Assembly: GCA_033977065.1 (NCBI GenBank)
Contig: JAXCHI010000004.1
Location: forward strand, 160,001-224,000
DNA length: 64,000 nucleotides
Source of the DNA: Candidatus Algichlamydia australiensis
Lineage (GTDB): Bacteria > Chlamydiota > Chlamydiia > Chlamydiales > JAJFMI01
Direction: 5' to 3'
In this document: one piece after another, positions 8,277 through 18,459 of the stretch
Numbering within the stretch: the first letter of the stretch is position 1
How the letters are laid out: every line of letters starts with the position of its first letter
Translations under genes and position numbers: made by a program
Notes under the pieces: generated by a model
What the model saw: only the letters and a program-made list of their open reading frames with translations
What the model was told of the DNA's origin: nothing
Databases searched by the model: none

Positions 8277-10151
8277 ATGATACAAAAAAATTTTCTTAAC
8301 ATTTGCGTAGCCACGATCGCTTTTTCTTTTGCTCTTCGTGCCAATGAAGATCATCTTTGGGAGACGCAACCTTTAGAAAGAGTAGAAGAGCACTCATTTT
8401 CTGAAGAAGCTCCTTCTTTAGATGTAGTTGAAGAAAACTATTCAGTTACACCACTTCCAGAAGTAGTTCCTTCTACAGGCTATGAACCTGCGCAAGAAAA
8501 TATTGCTGCTTCATCATCTGGAACACAACTTCATGAGTGTTTAAAGGGACTTGTTCTTGTAGGCGCCTGTGAAGAGATCTATACACCAGAAGAAGTCTGC
8601 TGTGTCGACTGTTTTGAGACCAAAGGTCTTCTTATTCCAGGAGGAGAGTCGAAGCTGCGCGAGCGTTTGCTGCCTCTTTACATGAACAAAGAGCTTACCC
8701 AAGAGAGTTTGGCAGAAATTAAAAAGACCATTCTTGACTACTTTCATGAGTACTATTATCCACTTGTTGTGATCCAAGTTCCTGAACAAGACATTACTTG
8801 TGGTGTGCTCCAGCTTGTACTCATTGAAGGAAAATTGGGAAATGTTTGTGTTGAAGGAAACCAGTACTTTTCAGATGCACGCTTTCGCAAATATCTCAAT
8901 TTAATGCTTGATGAGACCATTAATGAGCGTGACTTGATTCGTAGCTTGAATTTCATGAATCGCAACCCTTTTAGACGCGTTGATGTGATCTATGCTCCAG
9001 GTACAGAGCCAGGGCAGACAGATGTAACGCTATTTGTCGACGATCGTCGTCCTTTAAGAATTTATTCTGGTGTGGAGAATTCAGGTGTACGTACAACAAA
9101 TCGTCAAAGATGGCTTGCAGGATTTAACTGGGGGGATGCTTTCTGGCTTGACCACGTTTTGGCATACCAGTTTACTTCTTCCTACCAAGTATCAGACTTT
9201 CACAGCCACACAGCCCAGTATATTGCTCCGCTCTCCTGGCAACATATCTTAAACATTTATGGAGGTTACGCACGCGTTGACCCCGATTTAAATAGTGTAG
9301 AAAAGAACACGGGACGAAGCTACCAGGCTTCGGGACGTTATGGAATTCCTCTTCCTCCTACACGCTATCTCTATCACGAGTTCACGTTCGGATATGATTG
9401 GAAACGCACCAATAACGTGATTCAGTTCAATGAATTTGCTGTTACAGGTGTAAATGAGAATACTACAGGTTCTGATCCCGATGCGAACCAAACAGGCGTA
9501 GGACAAAACGTAAACATTTCTCAATTTGTTCTTGGGTACTCAGGTAACTACGAAAAGCCCGACTACCGGGTAGACTTTGGGGTTGATATGTTCATCTCAC
9601 CTGGAAAGATGATGAGTGATCAATCTAAAGAAGATTATGAAACATTGCGACTTGGTGCTGATAATGATTGGGTAATCATCCAAGGTCAGCTCGCCTATCT
9701 AAAGAGGCTTCGTTACGATTTCTCTGTGCTCTTGACAGCATCAGGGCAGTGGACCTATCAAAACCTTCTTCCTTCAGAGCAGTTTGTTCTTGGGGGATAT
9801 GACACAGTTCGTGGGTACGATCAGCGTCAAGAAAACTTTGACAGTGGTTACCTTTTCAATGGGGAGATTCGCACACCTGCAATGCGCATACTGAAATACA
9901 TGAATGAGAGCTGGACAACTCCGGATGGACTCCAGTTCTTAGTCTTCCTTGATTATGGCCGTGGATGGGATCATACTGCTGTTCCCGGTACGCCAAAATC
10001 AGAGTGGTTGATGGGTGCAGGTCCCGGTGTTCGCTACACAATCGTGCCATACTTTACGGCAAGATGTGATCTAGGATTTAAATTACACAATAATGATTTT
10101 TTCACTGGAGGGTCACCTGAGGTGCACTTCTCTGTAATTGCGAGCTTCTAA
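8277..10151 (+). CDS. ShlB/FhaC/HecB (TpsB) family outer-membrane beta-barrel
   Basis: Signal peptide, POTRA-like VPEQDI..G.L.L.LIEGKLG, SEQFVLGGYDTVRGY (VRGY motif), terminal Phe. Confidence 0.88.
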   Translation: MIQKNFLNICVATIAFSFALRANEDHLWETQPLERVEEHSFSEEAPSLDVVEENYSVTPLPEVVPSTGYEPAQENIAASSSGTQLHECLKGLVLVGACEEIYTPEEVCCVDCFETKGLLIPGGESKLRERLLPLYMNKELTQESLAEIKKTILDYFHEYYYPLVVIQVPEQDITCGVLQLVLIEGKLGNVCVEGNQYFSDARFRKYLNLMLDETINERDLIRSLNFMNRNPFRRVDVIYAPGTEPGQTDVTLFVDDRRPLRIYSGVENSGVRTTNRQRWLAGFNWGDAFWLDHVLAYQFTSSYQVSDFHSHTAQYIAPLSWQHILNIYGGYARVDPDLNSVEKNTGRSYQASGRYGIPLPPTRYLYHEFTFGYDWKRTNNVIQFNEFAVTGVNENTTGSDPDANQTGVGQNVNISQFVLGYSGNYEKPDYRVDFGVDMFISPGKMMSDQSKEDYETLRLGADNDWVIIQGQLAYLKRLRYDFSVLLTASGQWTYQNLLPSEQFVLGGYDTVRGYDQRQENFDSGYLFNGEIRTPAMRILKYMNESWTTPDGLQFLVFLDYGRGWDHTAVPGTPKSEWLMGAGPGVRYTIVPYFTARCDLGFKLHNNDFFTGGSPEVHFSVIASF

Positions 10152-10684
10152 TGGAGAGAAACCACCCTTGGCGCATGCGCTTTATCGTCGGCTTAACCAT
10201 GATCATTCTCTCGCTTGTAGGGTTGATCTCATCAACCCTGCGTCAAGATGGCGCCTGGAATTACTGGCGCATCATGGTGCCAATCTACGCAGGGATGTGC
10301 ATCTTTCTTAGCTGGTATCTGCGCAGCAAGTCGGAGAGTCTTTCTGTTGTCAAAATTTGGCATGAGATTCTTCACTGGGCGGGACTCCTTCTCTCTGTTT
10401 ACCTCGTCTCTCTTTTCGTTGAACAGGGGTTGATTGAGCGTTTTGGAGGGAGCTTAGCTGTTCTTACGCTTCTCGCATTTGCGCTCTTTACTGCAGGTAT
10501 CTACATTGAAATATCCTTTATGCTTATCGGGGGTCTTCTAGGACTCTTCTCTGTTGGTGCAGGAGTTATCGCAGAATATCTCTACACAATTATTGTACCT
10601 TTGGGGATCATTGCAATTGTTGTCTTATATTTTATTGTTCGTCGCAAGAAAAGCAAGCCTGAAGATACAAACCCGCATGAATAG
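10151..10684 (+). CDS. Hypothetical integral membrane protein
   Basis: About 6 hydrophobic helices; start overlaps the upstream stop. Confidence 0.75.
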   Translation: MERNHPWRMRFIVGLTMIILSLVGLISSTLRQDGAWNYWRIMVPIYAGMCIFLSWYLRSKSESLSVVKIWHEILHWAGLLLSVYLVSLFVEQGLIERFGGSLAVLTLLAFALFTAGIYIEISFMLIGGLLGLFSVGAGVIAEYLYTIIVPLGIIAIVVLYFIVRRKKSKPEDTNPHE

Positions 10685-10694
10685 TGAGATAGTC

Positions 10695-11462
10695 TCAGAC
10701 ATAGCGATAGAGCAGTTCTTGATTTTTTTTGGGTCCAATAACGCGCCAGTGGAAGATCATCTCTTCAAGACTCCAGGACAAAGAACCAAGGTAGGTGTCC
10801 TCTCCACATAAATGTGCGTCCACCGACTCCAATTTTCCAGCTCGTACCGGTGAAAGGTGAAAGAGAAAAGTTGGTCTGTTTTCTCCATAACGGAGATGCT
10901 CTAAAGTAATAAGAGTGTTTTTTAAATCGAGAGTCCAGCGAAAAGAGTTATGAAAATTAGCTGGTGGATTCAGCCATTTTCCACTCTCTCTAAAGATAAG
11001 TGTATGGCTCTTTGACAGGGTTGAGGTGACTTCAGCTCTGCCATCCTTAAATCGGCTTTCTCCCCTAGACCTTACAGAAAGAGAGAGCGTCTCTACCTTA
11101 AGAAGTCTTTCCCAAAAGCGCTTAAGTTCTTTTTTAAAGTTGGGCTTTTTTTCTGACTGTTCAATTGCAAAGAAGTGGTAGAGCTTTTTTTCTTGCGTTG
11201 GAAGGGAAGTATATAACTTTTTCAAAAGATTTTCTATTTCCCACCGGATAGGCGAGTCTGGATTGAAATAGTAAAGACGTTTTTTTCCTTCAAATTTGCT
11301 TTTAATCACTCCACAATTTTCTAATCGCTTTAATGCATTTTGTATGGGGGATAGGGGAGTAGAAAAAAGTGTTTGAAGTTGGCTTCCGTAACACGTCTTG
11401 TTTACAAAAAGAAATAGCAATACTCGCTCAATATTTGTATTTGCGAAAAGCTCTCCAAGCAT
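10695..11462 (-). CDS. Winged-helix protein fused to DUF6314-like domain
   Basis: N-terminus paralogous to 24741-25088 (IQNALKRLE..GV...G..RLY.FNP); C-terminal FRW...HLCGEDTY...WRVIGPKK. Confidence 0.75.
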   Translation of the reverse strand: MLGELFANTNIERVLLFLFVNKTCYGSQLQTLFSTPLSPIQNALKRLENCGVIKSKFEGKKRLYYFNPDSPIRWEIENLLKKLYTSLPTQEKKLYHFFAIEQSEKKPNFKKELKRFWERLLKVETLSLSVRSRGESRFKDGRAEVTSTLSKSHTLIFRESGKWLNPPANFHNSFRWTLDLKNTLITLEHLRYGENRPTFLFHLSPVRAGKLESVDAHLCGEDTYLGSLSWSLEEMIFHWRVIGPKKNQELLYRYV

Positions 11463-11612
11463 AAAATCACCTAAAGTTTAGTCTGATTTTAACCTAAAAT
11501 GTGACTATTTTTCAATATATTACCTAATATTTAGGTTTCAAATGATTGGAGAATTTTGTCTTTTCAACATCTTCTAGTGAAAATAAGAATCAATATTAGC
11601 TTAGGAGTTTTT

Positions 11613-12140
11613 ATGGAAAAAGTGACAACGGATCTGTCCGAAAATTTAATGGAGGCGTTAAAAATTGTTCTTGCATCGGTATTTATCGCGCTCTTTGCTC
11701 AAATAAAAATACCAATTCCTTTTTCAATTGTTCCGTTTACTGGTGGCGCGTTTGCAGTACTACTTGTTGGGGGGATTCTTGGAAAGGAGAGAGGCGCTTT
11801 AGCTGTCATGCTTTATTTATTTGAAGGCGCGATTGGGTTTCCTGTTTTTGCGGGAGGTAGTAGTGGAATTTCTGTATTAATCGGGCCACATGTTGGCTAT
11901 CTGCTCTCTTACCCGCTTGAAGCCTTTCTATTTGGCTGGGCACTTGAAAAACGAAGTCGATTCCTATTTGCTTTCTTGGCACCAATCGTGAATTTGGTTT
12001 TTGGCACGCTCGGATTAATGCTTTTCATGGGGACGAAGATGGCTCTTGCTATGGGCTTTTATCCATTTATTATGATTGATATTGCAAAAGCTCTATTTGC
12101 TTTTACACTTATGACAAGGAGGATTCGTGCTAACGGTTAA
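11613..12140 (+). CDS. bioY: Biotin transporter BioY
   Basis: AQIKIPIPFSIVPFT, YLFEGAIGFPVFAGG, GPHVGYL; AGGAG RBS. Confidence 0.9.
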   Translation: MEKVTTDLSENLMEALKIVLASVFIALFAQIKIPIPFSIVPFTGGAFAVLLVGGILGKERGALAVMLYLFEGAIGFPVFAGGSSGISVLIGPHVGYLLSYPLEAFLFGWALEKRSRFLFAFLAPIVNLVFGTLGLMLFMGTKMALAMGFYPFIMIDIAKALFAFTLMTRRIRANG

Positions 12141-13318
12141 ATGTGAATTTCCTCTCATTATGAAAATGCAGTTTCCCGGAATAACTGTTCGAATTGATAA
12201 AAAGACAACTTTTAAAGAACTACAAGATCGCGTTTTTGCAGAGACTTGGAATGAGTCTCGACGCTTCTGTCCGCATATGCCAAATCATGGTGAGCCGAGC
12301 CAGATTTCTTTTTTTGATTTGAGGAATGAGGTGGAGAATATGGAGAAAATTTGGGAGAGGGAAAAAGAGGGAATTGTAGAGCTTAATGTTCGATTTCGTA
12401 AGTCGATGGATGAGCAGGATAAAAATATTCTTATTTTCGGTGGTTATGGGGCGGATGAGTATTGTGTGGAGCAAACATTTTACATTTTCCAATCCCTATT
12501 TGGATCAAAATATGGGGTAGTTATTGTTGAGGAAAAATATTTTGATGAGGATTTCTGGGAAGAGAAAACGGTGATGATTGTGATGCCAGGAGGCGAAGAT
12601 TGCAAGTATCTTGAAACCTTACAAGGTGAAAGAAATCGTCGGATTCAGAACTTTGTCTTAGGAGGAGGCAAGTACTTAGGTTTTTGTGCAGCAGCTTACT
12701 ATGCAGGAAAGAGTATCATTTATGGTCCAGGTACTCCTGATGAAGTGATTGCAGATCGCCCACTTGCATTTTTTCCTGGCACAGTGACAGGGCCGCATTT
12801 AGCTCCTTATAATGACGAGACGAAAAGCGGTGCAAGAGCGACGGTGATTCGGTTTCATGATATCTCCTTGCCTCTCTATTATCATGGAGGATGCTCATTT
12901 CCTCAGCATCACTCTGTTGAAGTAATCGCCACTTATTCAACAGGGGAAGCGGCGATAGTGCAAGGAAGAGCGGGGGAGGGTAAGTACTTGCTTTCAGGTG
13001 TGCACCCCGAAATTAGATAGCGTCGTCAAAAGCATACAACCATCTTATTTTTCATGTTTGGGCTCCATTTTTGTGCTCAAATGAAGCGGAATTTACAAAT
13101 TCAGCTTCAATTTCCGCACAAAAATAAGCTGCAAACATGAAAAATAATCTGATTATAGCCTTTTGACGACACTATCTAATCCTTACTCTCTTGATGAAAA
13201 GAATTTCCCCAATTTAGAGCCCATTAAAGCTTCGTTGGTGGAAGCGAATAAGGAAAGGTTGACTCTTTTCAAAGAGCTAGTAGGCGGGTTTTTAGAAGAA
13301 GAGGTTACAACAGAGTGA
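12127..13318 (+). pseudogene. Biotin-protein ligase N-terminal-like (BPL_N, class I GATase-like) gene interrupted by a MITE
   Basis: MPGGED, YLGFCAAAYY and SGVHPE motifs. The ORF stops at 13020 inside the element; removing 13016-13178 restores 46 more codons ending at TGA 13318. Confidence 0.8.
13016..13176 (+). mobile_element. 161-bp palindromic MITE-like element, family A, TA duplication
   Basis: Ends GATAGCGTCGTCAAAAG / CTTTTGACGACACTATC, TA on both sides; 4 mismatches to the reverse complement of 34216-34376. Confidence 0.92.
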
Positions 13319-13931
13319 CAGTGCTCATTGGGGTGTTGGGACCGCGATTGCCTTTATACTTGACCATGTGGCCTGTTTCGGTGTCAAACCAGGCGTAGGC
13401 GGTCCAGAAGAGAGCTTTGGGTCCTTGAAGAGTAATTTTTACTTTTTGCGCGCGGTAGGTCTCCTTCCCGGTTTTGATCAGCTCAATATGCTGCTTTTTA
13501 GCGATCATTCTGTTGAGAGAGAGGTCGCTCGGATTAATAATGCAAAATCTAAAGGAGCCTAATCCCGACCTAACAAAAGGGCGCAGGCCAAAATTAAATT
13601 CCTGAATCCAGTTGCAATTGCCGATGTTATACTCTTTCAGGGATTCGTTTTCACCGGAAACACGTTTTACTTTTAAGATTTTCCCCTCTCTGTAACACTC
13701 ATACTGCTCATCTTTATCATGCTTGGATGAGAGGTAGGTAACATGACTCATGATGTAGTCGGGGTCACATACAAGTTTAAAATTGGTTTTAGGGCTTTTC
13801 CCCTCCAATGTCAGTGAGCTCTCTTCTTTTTGTGTGAACCACTCTGTTTTGACACTGATTCCCTTAATCTCCTCATTGTAGGAGAGCTCTGGCAAGCTAG
13901 CACAGAGCAGTGATAAAGCAATTATGTACAT
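13305..13931 (-). CDS. Exported hypothetical beta-rich protein
   Basis: Short signal-like N-terminus; coupled to tdk. Confidence 0.65.
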   Translation of the reverse strand: MYIIALSLLCASLPELSYNEEIKGISVKTEWFTQKEESSLTLEGKSPKTNFKLVCDPDYIMSHVTYLSSKHDKDEQYECYREGKILKVKRVSGENESLKEYNIGNCNWIQEFNFGLRPFVRSGLGSFRFCIINPSDLSLNRMIAKKQHIELIKTGKETYRAQKVKITLQGPKALFWTAYAWFDTETGHMVKYKGNRGPNTPMSTVTLL

Positions 13932-14521
13932 ACTCCCTCTTTCGCAGCCTCTACGGCATTGCGAATCAGTTTTCGATAGCAGGGATAGCAGGCAGGATGA
14001 TATTTTTCCTCTGCACCCAATTCAACAGTGGGGCCCTCAACAACGGGCTTACCATTGACATATTTTAAATTCATAACAGCTTTGCGATTACAGTAAAAGC
14101 ATGTAGATTTAACCTCCTCAATCGAGTCAGAGAGTTCCATCAAGCGTTTTGCTCCAGGAAAGAGGTTTCCTCTAAAGTCAGTGCGCAAGCCGTAACAGAT
14201 TACGGGGACATCTTTGTCGATAGAAAGAATGCGCAATTTTTCAATGATGTCTGGTAAGAGGAACTGCGCTTCATCAACAAGGATGCAGCTAATATCATCT
14301 AAATCAAGCTGTTGGAAATCAGTGTGATCATCAACGAGAAGGTCCGCTTCGGCTTGAAGGCCAGCACGCGATTTAATTATCGGCTTGCCAAAACGCGTAT
14401 CAAGGGCAGGTTTTAGTCGGATTACTCGCTTGCCTTGCTGCTCATAGTTGTGAGCTACTGCAAGCAAGTTTAATGTTTTTGCGCTGCCAACTGCGCCATA
14501 TCGAAAATAGAGTTTAGCCAT
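13922..14521 (-). CDS. tdk: Thymidine kinase
   Basis: MAKLYFRYG..GSAKT, LVDEAQFL, CYGLRTDF, Zn-binding CxxC. Confidence 0.93.
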   Translation of the reverse strand: MAKLYFRYGAVGSAKTLNLLAVAHNYEQQGKRVIRLKPALDTRFGKPIIKSRAGLQAEADLLVDDHTDFQQLDLDDISCILVDEAQFLLPDIIEKLRILSIDKDVPVICYGLRTDFRGNLFPGAKRLMELSDSIEEVKSTCFYCNRKAVMNLKYVNGKPVVEGPTVELGAEEKYHPACYPCYRKLIRNAVEAAKEGVCT

Positions 14522-14522
14522 A

Positions 14523-15440
14523 TTAACCTCCGAAAATCATGTGCCATTGAACTGAACCCAAGATCAATCCACCTACAGAAAGATATTGAGGTAACCATTG
14601 AATTTTTTCTTTGAAAAAATAGATTCCAAAGAGATTACAAATCTCAATCACTGCAATAGAGAAAAGGGGAAATAGAATCGCGTTTTGCCAAGAGAATGCA
14701 GCGCTCACAGCATAGAGCATAAAAAACATGGATGAGCCGTTTGCAATTCCTCCTAAGATACCATAAACAAGTGTCTCTTTGGAAAATTTCATACCCTCTT
14801 TTTTTGTTGTAACAAACTGGAAAAGAGCGGCAGACAAAAAGATAAACGGCATGAGCCAGTTCCCCTTGTGAGGATCAATTGAGAAGGGGAGCATAAAGGA
14901 ACTTCCTCCATTGGTCTCAAGGAGAACCTTCCACTGTGTTCCTGCAGAGAAAATGACATACGAACAGGAGGCAAGTGCGATGAAAAAGATCCAACGCATC
15001 TTATTTTTGCAGCTAATATCGCGCCAAGAGCTCCAAAAAATTCCTGCAATGACAAGAAGAGAGCCCAGACCATTGAACCAGCGATAGGGATGGCCAAGTG
15101 ACGCTCCAAAAAGAAGGGCCATTAAAACAGCCGGCAAGATTGAAGAAGAATTCAATGTTGCAAAACTTAAAGCAGAAGATCCTGATTTCAAAGCTTCGCC
15201 CAAGCCCCACATCATCAGTCCTAGAAGAAGTCCGAGTCCAACTCCTACAAGAGCAACTTTTGGGTCAAAAGCGTAGTTCCCACTTCTTACGGGATTGAGC
15301 AAAATTGCGATCAAGCAGGAGATGAGCAGTTGAGAGAAGACATAAAAACCTGTCGAGCCTTTTGTGTCGACACTTCTTCGCATAAACAGATTCTGCATAG
15401 CGGCAAAGAGCGCCGACATTAAAATTAGATATAGAGCCAT
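14523..15440 (-). CDS. EamA/DMT family transporter
   Basis: About 10 TM helices in two repeats. Confidence 0.7.
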   Translation of the reverse strand: MALYLILMSALFAAMQNLFMRRSVDTKGSTGFYVFSQLLISCLIAILLNPVRSGNYAFDPKVALVGVGLGLLLGLMMWGLGEALKSGSSALSFATLNSSSILPAVLMALLFGASLGHPYRWFNGLGSLLVIAGIFWSSWRDISCKNKMRWIFFIALASCSYVIFSAGTQWKVLLETNGGSSFMLPFSIDPHKGNWLMPFIFLSAALFQFVTTKKEGMKFSKETLVYGILGGIANGSSMFFMLYAVSAAFSWQNAILFPLFSIAVIEICNLFGIYFFKEKIQWLPQYLSVGGLILGSVQWHMIFGG

Positions 15441-15520
15441 ACTATTTACCCTTTTCGGACCACTCTATCCCGATGTAGATTTTGCTTGCAAGCAGTGAAT
15501 GAAATGCTTATGTGTAAATT

Positions 15521-16102
15521 ATGGGAAAAATATTTATGAGGGGGCTCATTGCAATTGCCCCGATCGCAATTACAATTGCTGTTTTAATTTGGCTCTTGGG
15601 TTTTTTAGAAGACTTAGTGAGCGTTCCAATGAAAGATCTGATGGGAGAGTACTACTTTCCAGGTCTTGGCATCCTTGCTGCTCTGATCTTGATCTTCTTT
15701 GTAGGCCTGATTATCAATAACTTTCTTATTCAGAAGATCTATAGCTGGGGAGAAAATTTGATGACACGCATCCCTCTTGTCAAAACTCTCTATGGTGCTG
15801 TCACGGATATGATGAGCTTTTTTAACTCAAAAGATAAGAAAGAGGGAAGAGTTGTTGCTTTGGAGTGGCAAGGCTGTCGCATGTTAGGACTTGTGACTCG
15901 CGAGAACTTTGAAGGGCTTCCTCAAGAAGTGGGAAGCGGGGATGAGGTAGCCGTTTATATCCCTCTGAGCTACCAAATTGGCGGCTTTACGATCATGATG
16001 CCAAAGAGCATGTTGAAACCTGTGCCCATCTCTGTTGAAGAGGGAATGCGGTTTGTTGTAACTGCAGGAGCGCCGGGGAAAAATGCCGTACCAAAAAAAT
16101 AG
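15521..16102 (+). CDS. DUF502 membrane protein
   Basis: RIPLVKTLY, VAVYIPLSYQIGGFT, SVEEGMRFVVTAG. Confidence 0.85.
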   Translation: MGKIFMRGLIAIAPIAITIAVLIWLLGFLEDLVSVPMKDLMGEYYFPGLGILAALILIFFVGLIINNFLIQKIYSWGENLMTRIPLVKTLYGAVTDMMSFFNSKDKKEGRVVALEWQGCRMLGLVTRENFEGLPQEVGSGDEVAVYIPLSYQIGGFTIMMPKSMLKPVPISVEEGMRFVVTAGAPGKNAVPKK

Positions 16103-16283
16103 TGACCTACCCGACTCGGTCCGCCACGTACTTCCTGCTAAGGCACAAGAGATTTATCGCAAAGCCTTCAACAACGCGTGGAAGCAGTATGACGGCGATG
16201 AGGAGCTCACCCATAAAGTTGCCTGGTCTGCGGTGAAAAAGAGCTATCAGAAAAATGCGTTAGGCGCTTGGGTGCAAAAATGA
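16083..16283 (+). CDS. chaB: ChaB family protein
   Basis: MPY...DLPDSVRHVLP..AQEIYRKAFN.AW...HKVAWSAVKKSY. Confidence 0.9.
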   Translation: MPYQKNSDLPDSVRHVLPAKAQEIYRKAFNNAWKQYDGDEELTHKVAWSAVKKSYQKNALGAWVQK

Positions 16284-16955
16284 CGCAATCAAAGAGATCA
16301 GTTTTTGCGGCTGCTCGATTGGAGCAAGGTGTCCACACTCTTCAATGATTTCAAGCTTGGCATCTTTAATTCCATCGCGCAACGCTTCTTGCTCGGAAAG
16401 GGGAAAGAGTTCATCTTGCCTCCCATGAATGATCATTGTCGGGCTAAGAATTTTATCAAGCAAACTTTTTGTAGAATAATCCTTTAAAATTGCCGTTAGT
16501 TGCCTGACATAAACCTCTTCTGGTTGCCGAAATTGACAATACTTGAGCAGCTCCAGAAACTTGGGATCTTCAAGTTTTGGGGGATAGATCATCTTCGGTC
16601 TTTGTGCCAAGACCACATCATTGAGATGGCCCGCTTTGATTGCAGGAATAGCAAGCTCAAGAAGCCTCTTATTCTCTTCTTTCACTCCGGTCCAAGAGCT
16701 AAGCAGGATCAATTTTTCGACGCGCTCAGGCGCCTCTGCTGCAACCTCTTGCGCAACCCATCCGCCCATCGAATGGCCCAGAAGGAAGAATTTTTCCGGA
16801 GCATTTTTTAAAACGAACTCTGCCATCTCATGGCGGTTCTCTTGATCATCCAAAACAAGAATTTGCGGATCAAAAGCTTGCTTTAACTTAGCAATTGGCG
16901 CAGAAAAAAAACTCCCATCGCCCCCAGCCCCTGGAAGAATAATGAGCTTGCTCAT
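16260..16955 (-). CDS. Alpha/beta hydrolase
   Basis: GHSMGG nucleophile elbow, HGRQD, CGHL. Confidence 0.88.
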   Translation of the reverse strand: MSKLIILPGAGGDGSFFSAPIAKLKQAFDPQILVLDDQENRHEMAEFVLKNAPEKFFLLGHSMGGWVAQEVAAEAPERVEKLILLSSWTGVKEENKRLLELAIPAIKAGHLNDVVLAQRPKMIYPPKLEDPKFLELLKYCQFRQPEEVYVRQLTAILKDYSTKSLLDKILSPTMIIHGRQDELFPLSEQEALRDGIKDAKLEIIEECGHLAPIEQPQKLISLIASFLHPSA

Positions 16956-18220
16956 CTTTTTTTGGGATGCGATTTTTTGTAGGGACGATCATCTAAAAAG
17001 AGGGTAAGGACAATTGTTGCAATGAGCATGATAGGCAAGATAGCCAAAGCGATGCGAAAGTCATGAACGGTATAGTCTGGTACGCCTCCTACCATTTTTC
17101 CATTCCAAGTAGAGTCTAGAAGATATCCGATCAAGGGAGCTAAAAACGTCCCACCAGCAGCAACTAAAAAGTTTGTAAAAGCAGCAGCTGTTCCTTTTGC
17201 CTCTTCCGGATTGATCTCAATCGAGATAGGAAATGTGAGAATTTGTGCAGAGGAGAAGATCCCAACAAAGAAAAAAGTTGTGTAGAGCAGCCAGATTGGC
17301 ATTGGTGGAAGATAAATAATAGCAAGAAGAGTAAGAAGCGCTAAGAAAGCGGAAGCGATAATAAACAGACGGCGGTTGTGGATGCGATCGGAAAAGTATC
17401 CCAAGATCGGTCCCCCAAAAAGCCATCCTACAAAGTTCATCGAGACAATTGTGGCAGCTAAAACCTTACTAATCCCATAAGCTTGCACGATGAAAGGAAT
17501 GCCCCAAAGGCCAGCAAAGGCACTCATTGTCGCATAAAAAGTAAGACTCATAATTCCATTGATCCAACTATGTTTGTTGCGAGCAATCAACTTAAAATTA
17601 TCAAACACAGCCTTTAATGAGGTCGCTTTTGGCTCATGATGGCCCGCCTTACTCTCACCACGGACACCTAAGAAAATAATAGCGGTTCCAATCAAGCCGA
17701 TAATGGCAAGGACAAACATCGATTGACGCCACCCAAATTCGTTTACGAGAATACTTAAGAGATCTTCGCCAGCGATTGCTCCAATCATTCCAAAAGAGTT
17801 TCCAAGTCCCACAAGCAGAGCTAAAAGCGCAGGAGCAAACCAGTGGGAACTCACATAGACAATTCCCACAAAGGCAAACGAGGAACCAAGACCAATTAAG
17901 AGTCGTCCTACCCCTGCATAAACTAGATTTGGAGCAAGAGCAAAGAGCAGAGAGCCCAAGCCACAAGTTAAAGCAGCAAAAGAGAGAAGACGCCGTGCAC
18001 CGTAGCGATCCATCAACATCCCAACAGGAATTTGCATAGGGGAGTAGGCGTAAAAATAGATCGCAGTTAAGACCCCAATGGCACCCGCATTTACTTGGAA
18101 AGTAGCCATCAGCTCCTTAACCATTACACTGGGAGAGACACGAAGAAAGTATTCATATAAATAGAAGAATGAAGCGCAAGACCAGACAAAAATGCCCATC
18201 CACGTAAAACGTTTTGCCAT
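16952..18220 (-). CDS. MFS transporter
   Basis: GMLMDRYGARR and GYFSDRIHNRR motif A; 12 TM; start trimmed to MAKRF at 18220. Confidence 0.88.
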   Translation of the reverse strand: MAKRFTWMGIFVWSCASFFYLYEYFLRVSPSVMVKELMATFQVNAGAIGVLTAIYFYAYSPMQIPVGMLMDRYGARRLLSFAALTCGLGSLLFALAPNLVYAGVGRLLIGLGSSFAFVGIVYVSSHWFAPALLALLVGLGNSFGMIGAIAGEDLLSILVNEFGWRQSMFVLAIIGLIGTAIIFLGVRGESKAGHHEPKATSLKAVFDNFKLIARNKHSWINGIMSLTFYATMSAFAGLWGIPFIVQAYGISKVLAATIVSMNFVGWLFGGPILGYFSDRIHNRRLFIIASAFLALLTLLAIIYLPPMPIWLLYTTFFFVGIFSSAQILTFPISIEINPEEAKGTAAAFTNFLVAAGGTFLAPLIGYLLDSTWNGKMVGGVPDYTVHDFRIALAILPIMLIATIVLTLFLDDRPYKKSHPKKR

Positions 18221-18233
18221 AAAAATTCCTTTT

Positions 18234-18394
18234 GGAGACACTGAACAACTCATTATTTCCAATAAGGACCTGAAAATTGGCCAAAATTAATTTTTCAAAC
18301 TCACTAACTCTTAAAGAGTTAGTTCCGTTTTCCAAAATTGATTTTGTCACAATTTTGAGGCCCTTTTTGAAAAGAGTAGTTATTCAGTATCTCC
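18234..18394 (+). mobile_element. 161-bp palindromic MITE-like element, family B
   Basis: Ends GGAGACACTGAACAACT / AGTTATTCAGTATCTCC, TTTT on both sides; collinear with the reverse complement of 19561-19721. Confidence 0.82.
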
Positions 18395-18459
18395 TTTTTC
18401 TCCCTTCTATATCAAAAAATAAATTGAAACAAAAGGCCTTTGTAGCTTTTATAACGGGT

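Noticed and set aside
18277..18459. N-terminal extensions in the ORF track (licD, MFS, yhhQ, rplM, DUF6969-like gene, bolA)
   Set aside because: They derive from element sequence or overlap neighbouring genes; better starts lie downstream, except for yhhQ, which is reported as a finding.
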